Below are positions 30,431 to 38,234 of a stretch of DNA of 64,000 nucleotides, in pieces (position 1 is the stretch's first letter; every line of letters starts with the position of its first letter). The stretch lies in IMG/VR virus record IMGVR_UViG_3300032116_000004, positions 186,001 to 250,000 of that record, one strand, 5' to 3'. The position numbers and the translations under genes were made by a program. The notes below the pieces were generated by a model. That model had not been told where the DNA came from, made no database searches, and saw nothing but the letters and a program-made list of their open reading frames with translations.

Positions 30431-31615
30431 ATGGAACTCCTCGAACAAAATCCCAAACTTGGTTTTTACACAGTAAACGGTAAGAACTTTTATTCTAAAC
30501 CTCAAGCCCTGCTAGAGGCCACCGCCACTGGTCAGTTTCCCACATGGAACTTCAATCGAGAAGTTTTTAGTCGCATGGACACAACCAAAGAGCCTCAGTT
30601 GAGCTTACGCGAACTGTATCGTATGCGGGCACAGCAACTGAGAGACCGATATGATTACATCCGATTGGAGTTTTCAGGTGGGTCAGACTCTGCTACAGTG
30701 CTCTATAGTTTTATCAACAACAACATACATCTCGACGAGGTGGTATTCCGCTATCCCATGCAAGGAGATAAAAATCTCGGCCCCGATGCCAAGAACATGA
30801 AGGCCGAAAATACCTTGAGCGAGTGGCACTTTGCGGCCAAACCTATCTTGCAAAAGTTGGCTGTCACCCATCCAACTATCAAGATCACCATGCATGATTT
30901 TTCCGACAACATCTTAAAATATCAAGGCGATGAATCATGGGTCAACAATGCCAAAGATTACTTACATCCTGAGCACACGTTCAAACACGACCCCTTGGGT
31001 CTAAAAGGTCACAAAGAGTTGGCCGAAACTGGCAAGCAGATTTGCATCCTCTATGGTGTGGACAAGCCCAAGGTCTGTATCAAAGATGGTCGTTGGTGGT
31101 TGTATTTCTTGGACATACAGGCCAATCACAGCCAGAACCAGCGTGGTCCTTATGACAACATTACCACAGAATATTTCTACTGGCAGGCTGATCTTCCGGA
31201 ACTCATAGTCAAACAAGCCCATACCATACGCAACTGGTTCATGACTCCCACTGCACAGCATCTACAGTTCCTAGTGCGTTGGCCCAATCACAGTGTAGCA
31301 CAACGTGGTGCCTACGAACAGTTGGCCAAGCCCTTGATCTACCCTGACTATGATCCCACCACATGGCAAACTACCAAGTCAACCAACAACTTCTACTCAG
31401 AAATGACTTGGTGGTTCTTCAAGAACTTCAAGGACACACGTTTCTACCAAGTCTGGGAAGCCGGTCTAGCGCACATGGTCAATTCCATTGATCCCAAGTT
31501 CTTTACCTATGAGCAAGGCCGTGCTGTGGGATTTGTTGGCTTCATGGATCAGTTTTACGATCTTGGGCCCACCGACTACGTAAATACCGACATCATCCAA
31601 GGATCTCTCAAATGA
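30431..31615 (+). CDS. PP-loop (adenine nucleotide alpha hydrolase) protein
   Basis: FSGGSDS; paralog of 47439-48575. Confidence 0.65.
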   Translation: MELLEQNPKLGFYTVNGKNFYSKPQALLEATATGQFPTWNFNREVFSRMDTTKEPQLSLRELYRMRAQQLRDRYDYIRLEFSGGSDSATVLYSFINNNIHLDEVVFRYPMQGDKNLGPDAKNMKAENTLSEWHFAAKPILQKLAVTHPTIKITMHDFSDNILKYQGDESWVNNAKDYLHPEHTFKHDPLGLKGHKELAETGKQICILYGVDKPKVCIKDGRWWLYFLDIQANHSQNQRGPYDNITTEYFYWQADLPELIVKQAHTIRNWFMTPTAQHLQFLVRWPNHSVAQRGAYEQLAKPLIYPDYDPTTWQTTKSTNNFYSEMTWWFFKNFKDTRFYQVWEAGLAHMVNSIDPKFFTYEQGRAVGFVGFMDQFYDLGPTDYVNTDIIQGSLK

Positions 31616-32511
31616 AAAAGTTTTTATTATCAATTGCCATTGCATTGGCGGCATTTTCTTCACACGCTCAACAGCAGATTTCTATAGTGTGGCCATTTGG
31701 CATGGGCGACACGCAGGCACAATATAGTCGCAGTCTAGTAGAAGAACTCAACAAGAATCAAAAGGCCTACACTTTCATCTTAGAAAATCGCCCAGGGGCC
31801 GGAGCTACCATTGGTGCCAAACATGTGGCAAGCACACCCAATTCTATTTTGTCCGCGTCCACAGCATTCTTTGTGAGACCTAACTTTTATCCTGAGGAAA
31901 GTCACAGTGTAGCAGACTTCCGGCCCTTGATGACACAGTGTGCCGCGCCCATGGTCATTGTGAGCAAACGATATCGCAATTGGAACGAAGTTGACAAATC
32001 AAAATCCATCAACATTGGCATTTCTGGGCTGGGTGCTACATCGCACTTGATGGCCATGGAGATTGTCAAGCAATATCCCAATGCTCAACCTGTGCCCTAC
32101 AAGGGCACTCGCGAAGCCAGTATAGATGTGATTGCAGGCAATATTGAACTCAGCGTGGCATTCTTGGGCGAGGTAGAAGGATTCCTTGATCGCGGTGATT
32201 TGTATGCTTTGGGTATTTCGGGCAGGAAAAAAGTGCGCGGCATAGCCACACTGGAAAGCCAAGGATTTGCTGGAGTGGGCGAAGTGGTCAACATGCACAG
32301 TCTACAAGTGCCACGATCCATGCCCGACTCACAGTATCAACAACTGCGCGGCATGATCATGCAAGCCGCTCGTGCTGATTCAGTCCAACGGGCCTATGCC
32401 GTGGACTACTGCGAATCCAGCAATCTTGATGCCATAGCCACACAGCGTTGGTTTGATTCACAGGTTGCCCTGTGGAAACGCCTGAGCCAAGGTGTGAAAC
32501 TGGCTAAATAA
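31612..32511 (+). CDS. Bug/TctC periplasmic binding protein
   Basis: Signal peptide, ENRPGAG..IG, VPYKG. Confidence 0.9.
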   Translation: MKKFLLSIAIALAAFSSHAQQQISIVWPFGMGDTQAQYSRSLVEELNKNQKAYTFILENRPGAGATIGAKHVASTPNSILSASTAFFVRPNFYPEESHSVADFRPLMTQCAAPMVIVSKRYRNWNEVDKSKSINIGISGLGATSHLMAMEIVKQYPNAQPVPYKGTREASIDVIAGNIELSVAFLGEVEGFLDRGDLYALGISGRKKVRGIATLESQGFAGVGEVVNMHSLQVPRSMPDSQYQQLRGMIMQAARADSVQRAYAVDYCESSNLDAIATQRWFDSQVALWKRLSQGVKLAK

Positions 32512-32656
32512 AAATGGCAGCGCCGGTCAGGTGATCGACGCCGGTTACAACGACGCCTAGGGTAGCAAACCCTTTTACCAGCATGATATGCCTGGAACGC
32601 CGAACCGTAGCGAGCAATCGCAAGCACATTTAAACTACCAAATTTGGATATAAAAA

Positions 32657-33616
32657 ATGAGCAAAACTACTAAGATTCGTTGGGTTATAGCCCATGAGCC
32701 TTTGAACCTTTTCCTTCGTGCCGCTGAAGATTTTGAGCGTCGTGTAAACGAACAACAAAGCGAGCACAAGATCGAAGTGGAAATCATGACCTTGACAGAA
32801 TACAGCCAGCGTTACAACGATGGTGTCGTCATCACCAAGCACGATCTCTTGGATCTCATGGAACAGGGCAAAATTGAAATGAGCCAGATGTATACCACAT
32901 GGCTCGCAGAACGCTATGAGCAAGACTTCTTGGCATTCGATCTACCATTCCTGTTCCGGGATCACGAGCATGCTACTCGCGTGTTCGAGAGCGAGATCGG
33001 CGAAGGTCTGTTACAGAAACTCACAGACAAGTCAAACGTGCGTGGCCTTTGCTACACATATTCCGGTGGTTTCCGCCAGATGATCGCTAACAAGAAAGTT
33101 TCTACTCTAGAAGAACTTGCTGGCACACCTGTGCGTTCAAACCGTAATCCTGTGGCACAAGCAACTATCGCTGCCTTGGGCATGAAGCCTGTTGTGGCCG
33201 AAGTTGAAGATCTGCGTCGTGTTGTTGTAGAAGGTCAAGCCGAAGGTGGCGAAACCAACTATCCTCGCATGTATCCTCTGCGCCACAATGAAGTCACCAA
33301 GTCAGTGATCGACACTGGTCACAGCTTGTTCTTGACATCGATGATCATTGGTGATCAGTTCTGGTCATCATTGAGCCCAGAAGTGCAGGCCGTGATCAAG
33401 ACTGCCGCTATCCTGGCCGGACGTGAAGAGCGTGCTGAAACCATCCGTGATGGTGCTCGTGCCGAGAAGCGTCTAGTGGAAGAAGAAGGCGCCAACATCG
33501 TCAAGTGGACACAAGAGCAACGTGAAGCCGCCAAGGTTGCACTGAGTGGTGTTTACGATCAGTTCCGTGATTCATTCACACCTGGTCTCATTGAGGCGAT
33601 TGAAAAGAAGGCTTGA
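32657..33616 (+). CDS. dctP: TRAP transporter substrate-binding protein (DctP-like)
   Basis: FDLPFLFRD, GGFR, EGGET; no evident signal peptide. Confidence 0.8.
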   Translation: MSKTTKIRWVIAHEPLNLFLRAAEDFERRVNEQQSEHKIEVEIMTLTEYSQRYNDGVVITKHDLLDLMEQGKIEMSQMYTTWLAERYEQDFLAFDLPFLFRDHEHATRVFESEIGEGLLQKLTDKSNVRGLCYTYSGGFRQMIANKKVSTLEELAGTPVRSNRNPVAQATIAALGMKPVVAEVEDLRRVVVEGQAEGGETNYPRMYPLRHNEVTKSVIDTGHSLFLTSMIIGDQFWSSLSPEVQAVIKTAAILAGREERAETIRDGARAEKRLVEEEGANIVKWTQEQREAAKVALSGVYDQFRDSFTPGLIEAIEKKA

Positions 33617-33636
33617 TAAGTAGGCAAGCATAAAAC

Positions 33637-33664
33637 AAAAACCCTACCAAGTGTAGGGTTTTTT
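33637..33664 (+). terminator. Intrinsic terminator
   Basis: AAAAACCCTAC-CAAGT-GTAGGGTTTTTT. Confidence 0.85.
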
Positions 33665-33687
33665 GTTGTAAAAAGGTAAACCAGAGG

Positions 33688-33716
33688 TTGACCTTATATA
33701 AATAAACCTATACAAT
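33688..33716 (+). promoter_or_regulatory. sigma70-type promoter for leaderless leader ORF
   Basis: TTGACC-17-TACAAT, ATG 7 nt downstream. Confidence 0.8.
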
Positions 33717-33723
33717 ACACACT

Positions 33724-33840
33724 ATGATGAAAACTTTAAGACCTTATTCGATATCATTTATGCAGAAGGAGCCAACAAGTCTCTTGTGGCACCCCACCTG
33801 CCTACGTAATGATGCGATTGGTCCGGAGGGTTCTGAGTAG
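33724..33840 (+). CDS. Putative attenuator leader peptide (38 aa)
   Basis: MMKTLRPYSISFMQKEPTSLLWHPTCLRNDAIGPEGSE*; 33 distinct codons. Confidence 0.65.
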   Translation: MMKTLRPYSISFMQKEPTSLLWHPTCLRNDAIGPEGSE

Positions 33841-33867
33841 AAATCAGATTGTAAAAATTATTCTACA

Positions 33868-33906
33868 CAGGACCCCGGAACTAAAAACTCCGGGGTTTCT
33901 GTTTTA
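33868..33906 (+). terminator. Attenuator-type intrinsic terminator
   Basis: CAGGACCCCGGA / TCCGGGGTTTCTG followed by TTTTAT. Confidence 0.8.
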
Positions 33907-33925
33907 TACACAAAGGAAAAAGAAG

Positions 33926-34105
33926 TTGACAGAAAAAATAGATTACAGTAAAATTGCCGATCGTGTTGTCGAACAAGCATTTGAGCATAGTGGGTTTGTC
34001 CTAGATGAACATGATATGCAACGATTGCTCCAAGGCAAGATAGATCGGGCTCGAAAAGAAATCGATGCTAGGGCTACATGTCCAGTCTGGCACACTGATC
34101 GATAA
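33926..34105 (+). CDS. Small hypothetical protein (59 aa)
   Basis: AAAGGA SD, TTG start; overlaps a TTGACA-17-TAAAAT match. Confidence 0.45.
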   Translation: MTEKIDYSKIADRVVEQAFEHSGFVLDEHDMQRLLQGKIDRARKEIDARATCPVWHTDR

Positions 34106-34106
34106 T

Positions 34107-34311
34107 CGAGCAAAGTGTAGTGGGAAACGAGGTCCCAGAGCGCACTCTAAACATGCTCTAAACGGGCGGGGTCCTGGATTGAAATCTCCGGCGGTAACGG
34201 AGAAAGTAAGATAGGCAAGCGGAGGATGTCTCCGCTTTGGCTCTGGCAACAGAGCCCATATTCAAACACATGACCGAGCAGTCAAGTCAATGAGTCGTGT
34301 GTTTGAATATG
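34107..34311 (+). ncRNA. Unassigned structured RNA
   Basis: Hairpins TCTCCG/CGGAGA, AAGCGGAG/CTCCGCTT, GGCTCTG-GCAA-CAGAGCC, 14-bp stem 34257-34270/34298-34311. Confidence 0.45.
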
Positions 34312-34314
34312 CAT

Positions 34315-34404
34315 GGGGGTTGTTCTCTACGGCGGACTGTAAATCCGTTGCCTTTAATATGTAGAGTGGCCGGCGATTAGGTTCGATTCCTTCAGTCCCC
34401 ACCA
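34315..34404 (+). tRNA. Atypical tRNA-Tyr(GTA)-like gene lacking a canonical D-arm
   Basis: CTGTAAA anticodon arm, TTCGATT loop, CCA. Confidence 0.6.
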
Positions 34405-34409
34405 AACAT

Positions 34410-34484
34410 GGTCTCATAGTATAATGGTTAGTATAGCGGCTTGTCACGCCGTTGATAGGAGTTCGATTCTCCTTGGGACCGCCA
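34410..34484 (+). tRNA. tRNA-Asp(GTC)
   Basis: Cloverleaf, CCA. Confidence 0.92.
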
Positions 34485-34490
34485 AACAAT

Positions 34491-34565
34491 TCCAAGGTAG
34501 CACAGCGGTAGTGCAGAAGACTGTTACTCTTTTGGTCGCAGGTTCGATCCCTGCCCTTGTAGCCA
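34491..34565 (+). tRNA. tRNA-Asn(GTT)
   Basis: Cloverleaf, one acceptor mismatch, CCA. Confidence 0.88.
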
Positions 34566-34571
34566 TGATCT

Positions 34572-34661
34572 CCCCCGCTAGCTCATGGAGAGCAGGTCGG
34601 CTTATAACCGATTAATCTAGATAAGGTCCAGGATGAGGTTCGATTCCTCAGCGGGGGACCA
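34572..34661 (+). tRNA. tRNA with TAT anticodon and long variable region
   Basis: CTTATAA loop, short D-loop, CCA. Confidence 0.8.
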
Positions 34662-34670
34662 AAAAAATAT

Positions 34671-34747
34671 TACGGCGTAGTTCCAACTGGCAGAACGACA
34701 GTCTCCAAAACTGTATGATGGGGGTTCGAATCCCTCCGCCGTAGCCA
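34671..34747 (+). tRNA. tRNA-Trp(CCA)
   Basis: Cloverleaf, CCA. Confidence 0.9.
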
Positions 34748-34754
34748 ACACAAT

Positions 34755-34832
34755 GTGAAGGTGGCAGAGAGGTCCAATGCAAGAGTCTGCAAAACTCTAA
34801 AACCGTCGGTTCGAATCCGACCCTTCACTCCA
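34755..34832 (+). tRNA. tRNA-Cys(GCA)
   Basis: Cloverleaf, U73, CCA. Confidence 0.92.
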
Positions 34833-35210
34833 TTAGAATTCTAGTCGTAGGCCTATGCTGAGATTGTTTATAACCAAAGCGGATTCCATACCAGTGACCA
34901 CTTTGAGATACAGAGTGCGGTTACGGCCTTGGAAATAATCTGCCGCAAAATAGTTGGCTACCATCCAAGTCACGAAATGCAGATCCACTGCTTGCGTGGT
35001 AGGATGCCGGCCCAACAACGGATTACGTTCATAGTAGCCTTCAGCATATCTGCGAGTCATGTTGCGTGTGGTCGCCCAATCACCCAGAATGGCCGCGTTG
35101 GATGCCAAGAACCAATTTTGTTGCTCTGTGGTCCAGTTAGACCAGGCCCAGCTAGCACTGGGCAACCATAGCAGGATGGCCAAGAGTTTTTTCACAACAA
35201 TATTTAACAA
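34833..35210 (-). CDS. Secreted/membrane hypothetical protein within the tRNA array
   Basis: Signal peptide KKLLAILLWLPSASWA, C-terminal Phe. Confidence 0.65.
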   Translation of the reverse strand: MLNIVVKKLLAILLWLPSASWAWSNWTTEQQNWFLASNAAILGDWATTRNMTRRYAEGYYERNPLLGRHPTTQAVDLHFVTWMVANYFAADYFQGRNRTLYLKVVTGMESALVINNLSIGLRLEF

Positions 35211-35211
35211 T

Positions 35212-35301
35212 GGAAGCGTGGCAGAGTCTGGTTTATTGCACCGGTCTTGAAAACCGACGATCCGAAAAGGTCCGTGAGTTCGAATCTCACCGCTTCCGCC
35301 A
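35212..35301 (+). tRNA. tRNA-Ser(TGA)
   Basis: Long V-arm, G73, CCA. Confidence 0.93.
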
Positions 35302-35306
35302 AACCT

Positions 35307-35396
35307 GGAGAGGTCCCATAATGGTATTGGAGCGGATTGCTAATCCGTCGGTCGGCGTAATCCGGCTTCTGGGTTCAAGTCCCAGTCTCTCCGCCA
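35307..35396 (+). tRNA. tRNA-Ser(GCT)
   Basis: Long V-arm, G73, CCA. Confidence 0.93.
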
Positions 35397-35399
35397 TAT

Positions 35400-35591
35400 C
35401 CCGTCCATAGCAAACGTGATTGCTGTCGCTTACTCAGCGTTACGAGTCGGGGGCGGAGAACCGTTAAGCAGAGTGCCCTTTTATTGGGAGTCCAAACCGC
35501 TGTGCTGAATCACAACAGCGAAGAAGTTAACAACGTGATGACAGAGTAGACAACTCAGGACGGGGCGATGTGGAAACGTGGCCGTCCACCA
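35400..35591 (+). ncRNA. Unassigned structured RNA ending in ACCA
   Basis: GGACGG can pair with CCGTCC at 35401 or 35582; ends ACCA. Confidence 0.4.
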
Positions 35592-35621
35592 AATATGTTT
35601 TTAGACAGGTGTGAATTCACT

Positions 35622-35696
35622 GGTGTGGGTAGTGTAATGGTAGCACACTTGATTGTGGATCAGGTAGTGCGGGTTCGAATTCCGTCCTTCACCCCA
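35622..35696 (+). tRNA. tRNA-His(GTG)
   Basis: G-1:C73, CCA. Confidence 0.9.
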
Positions 35697-35705
35697 AATG
35701 TGTGA

Positions 35706-36173
35706 TCAAGTGGGTGTTACTTGCCCGGTAACAGCATCCACATGCACAGGTCGGCGTGTGACAAATGCGAAATCATAGAAAGGATTGAAGCGATAGTCTA
35801 CTGTTTTGCGCAGTCTGCAGAATGTCCAGGTGTCGGTGATTCCGGCCTTGGCCATGGCCTGCTGTGCTTGGGCGCAACTCAGTTTGGGTGGATACACAAA
35901 CGCCGTGCATTCGGCCACTCGCGAATCATCAATCACAGGTGAGGTGGCATGTCCTGATGTATCAATGGTTATGGCATAGGGTTTTTGATCTTGAGAACCT
36001 TGCCAAACAGTATACATGGTTCCGCCTGCATTGGCTTCGGCGAGATAAAATTGCGATGCGCTCTGATAGAGATCCATGAGACTCTTGCCGCCCCATATTT
36101 GCTGATCGTATGTCAAGGGCGATAACACCCCCAGTCGTCTGAGATGTTTCTTTACAGCGGCTATGATTTTCAT
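35706..36173 (-). CDS. Hypothetical protein
   Basis: 155-aa ORF with SD, inserted in the array. Confidence 0.65.
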   Translation of the reverse strand: MKIIAAVKKHLRRLGVLSPLTYDQQIWGGKSLMDLYQSASQFYLAEANAGGTMYTVWQGSQDQKPYAITIDTSGHATSPVIDDSRVAECTAFVYPPKLSCAQAQQAMAKAGITDTWTFCRLRKTVDYRFNPFYDFAFVTRRPVHVDAVTGQVTPT

Positions 36174-36213
36174 GGTTAATCCCCTTTATTCGAGTATTTA
36201 TAGGTGTTTTTTT

Positions 36214-36290
36214 GCCCCGGTGACGGAATTGGTATACGTGTTGGTCTTAGAAACCAAATTTTAGGAGTTCGAGTCTCCTCTGGGGCACCA
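36214..36290 (+). tRNA. tRNA-Leu(TAG), short variable region
   Basis: Cloverleaf, A73, CCA. Confidence 0.9.
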
Positions 36291-36303
36291 AATTTATTAG
36301 TAT

Positions 36304-36380
36304 GCGGTAGTGACGGAATCGGCATACGTATCGGACTTAAAATCCGAGTTTTGTGGGTTCGAGTCCCACCTTCCGCACCA
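36304..36380 (+). tRNA. tRNA-Leu(TAA), short variable region
   Basis: Cloverleaf, A73, CCA. Confidence 0.9.
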
Positions 36381-36385
36381 TACAA

Positions 36386-36464
36386 CGGAGTGTAGGCTAG
36401 TCTGGTCCAAGTCGCCTGCTTTGGGAGCAGGAAACCGCAGGTTCGAATCCTGCCACTCCGACCA
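36386..36464 (+). tRNA. tRNA-Pro(TGG)
   Basis: CGGAGTG acceptor, CCA. Confidence 0.93.
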
Positions 36465-36465
36465 A

Positions 36466-37659
36466 TCACAAAGGATGTCTTAATAGATCTTTTAAACAAC
36501 GATTTGATTCATCTAGCGTGAGTCTTTTTAATTTGTCATGAAATCGCTGTTTGGCAAAATCCAGGTTAGCATCAAACCTTTGTTGATTTTGATTCCAGAG
36601 TCTGACAGTATCAACAGGATTTGTGAGCAAGTGCTTGTTATTACTCACGGCGGTATACAATCTATCTATAGGGTTATCTATGATGTCATACGAATGATCA
36701 ATGATGTCGTCAAACATATCAAATCCAAAACTACGATAAAGATCTACGGTTCCTCGACTAGATATCATGATAGGAAAATTCCGAGCATATATCGTGTGGA
36801 TAAATTTTTCATCGATGTTAATAGTTGGCTCGCAGAAAAGTCTATTTGAAACCAATTCTACAAAACTTGTTCTATACAAAGGACGCAGATTGTTTCCAAA
36901 ATTGTTCACGTTATCAAAGTCTAGCACTGTGTCAGATCCAGCCTCTGTCAAATAGATGTCGTTGCCATTATCATCACCAAATCGTAAATTATCAGGATTT
37001 GATATCATCTTGTCAAACCCTTGGCACATGATCTGTTTTACATGATCATTGTGATCATGATATTGCCAAGGGTTGTGATCAAGGAAATCCCTGCTAGGCA
37101 ATTTATCTAATTGTTTGTATAAATGACCAGTGCTGATATGGCAGCAATTATCTAGATCTAATCCATACAAAAGGCTACAGAGAGCCAATCGATGAGTGCG
37201 CATTTGTCTATTCAGTGCGATGCCTATTTTTTTAGATTGTTGATTCTTGTCGTTGATTGGGGATAATTTTGCATATAGATCATCTTCAGGAACGGTAAAC
37301 CATTTGCCTACTCTTACATTGGGCAGATTGAAATATCCATCATGATAATGATTACCTTGTAACATAAAGACAATGGTTTTTTCAGGAGATGCGAGCGCCA
37401 GGTTCCTGATGTCTTGGAAAATAGTGGGTTCTTGGCCTTCAGTCCAATAATCATACTCCTGTGGGAAATTGCCGTAATGAGGACTGTCTTCCAAAATCAA
37501 AAACAACAGGTTTTCGTTGAGATCAAGGTTTAACCATTGATTCCAAGATGTTATATGCGTAAAAACACTGTCGTGCGGCACAGAAATGGCATCAGTCACT
37601 GTGTCAAATAATTTTCGTGCCATGGGCAATCTGTGTGGCACATGAGTAAAATATTTCAT
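36466..37659 (-). CDS. 'TEK-motif' putative glycosyltransferase
   Basis: FVELVS..INIDEKF..NFP..GFDMFDDIIDHSYD; ATG 37659 chosen to avoid tRNA overlap. Confidence 0.6.
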   Translation of the reverse strand: MKYFTHVPHRLPMARKLFDTVTDAISVPHDSVFTHITSWNQWLNLDLNENLLFLILEDSPHYGNFPQEYDYWTEGQEPTIFQDIRNLALASPEKTIVFMLQGNHYHDGYFNLPNVRVGKWFTVPEDDLYAKLSPINDKNQQSKKIGIALNRQMRTHRLALCSLLYGLDLDNCCHISTGHLYKQLDKLPSRDFLDHNPWQYHDHNDHVKQIMCQGFDKMISNPDNLRFGDDNGNDIYLTEAGSDTVLDFDNVNNFGNNLRPLYRTSFVELVSNRLFCEPTINIDEKFIHTIYARNFPIMISSRGTVDLYRSFGFDMFDDIIDHSYDIIDNPIDRLYTAVSNNKHLLTNPVDTVRLWNQNQQRFDANLDFAKQRFHDKLKRLTLDESNRCLKDLLRHPL

Positions 37660-37681
37660 ATACAAATTTATGTAAACCCAT

Positions 37682-37759
37682 GCCCCCTTGGACAAATAGG
37701 TAAAGTCGTCTCTCTCAAAAGGAGAAGTTCTCTCGGTTCGAATCCGAGAGGGGGTACCA
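37682..37759 (+). tRNA. tRNA-Leu(CAA), short variable region
   Basis: CTCAAAA loop, A73, CCA. Confidence 0.85.
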
Positions 37760-37765
37760 AACAAT

Positions 37766-37841
37766 GCAGGTATAATTCAGCTGGAAGAATGTCACGTTGC
37801 CAACGTGGATGTCGTCGGTTCGAACCCGACTACCTGCTCCA
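37766..37841 (+). tRNA. tRNA-Gly(GCC)
   Basis: Cloverleaf, U73, CCA. Confidence 0.92.
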
Positions 37842-37915
37842 GAATTATGTCCCAGGCCTCCGACTATTGGCCACTCGTTGATGCGCAGTGGTTGCGTCTG
37901 TGTTTTCTTTTTCTT

Positions 37916-37990
37916 GCATCGTTAGTTTAATGGTAAAACGCCCTCCTTACAAGTGGGATAGCGGTGGTTCGATTCCATCACGATGCACCA
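37916..37990 (+). tRNA. tRNA-Val(TAC)
   Basis: Cloverleaf, CCA. Confidence 0.88.
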
Positions 37991-37992
37991 AT

Positions 37993-38068
37993 GCCGCTTT
38001 AGCTGATGTGGTCATAGCACCGGTTTGAAGCACCGAGGAACCTGGTTCGATCCCAGGGGGCGGCACCA
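37993..38068 (+). tRNA. tRNA-Phe(GAA)
   Basis: TTGAAGC loop, CCA. Confidence 0.88.
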
Positions 38069-38074
38069 CTCTGT

Positions 38075-38148
38075 TGGGGGTTAGTTAAATGGTATAACCA
38101 CGGATTTTGATTCCGTTATTATAGGTTCGATTCCTATACCCTCTGCCA
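38075..38148 (+). tRNA. tRNA-Gln(TTG)
   Basis: Cloverleaf, CCA. Confidence 0.88.
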
Positions 38149-38154
38149 ATCATC

Positions 38155-38230
38155 GGGACGTTAGCTCATTAGGTAGAGCAGTAGACTTTTAATCTATTGG
38201 TGGTGGGTTCGAATCCCGCACGTCCTACCA
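38155..38230 (+). tRNA. tRNA-Lys(TTT)
   Basis: Cloverleaf, CCA. Confidence 0.93.
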
Positions 38231-38234
38231 ATAT

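Noticed and set aside
30431-31615. PP-loop proteins as the missing QueC
   Set aside because: About 390 aa, no QueC C-terminal Zn motif, not linked to que genes.
33809-34105. 98-aa ORF from the track as a single gene
   Set aside because: Its 5' part crosses the terminator and lacks an SD; the TTG start at 33926 is better supported.
37660-37764. N-terminal extension of ORF 36466-37764
   Set aside because: Antisense to tRNA-Leu(CAA); ATG at 37659 preferred.
37846-37910. HDV-like/theta ribozyme after tRNA-Gly (GTCCCAGGCCTCC)
   Set aside because: No downstream TGGGAC for P2, no P1; the tRNA already encodes CCA.
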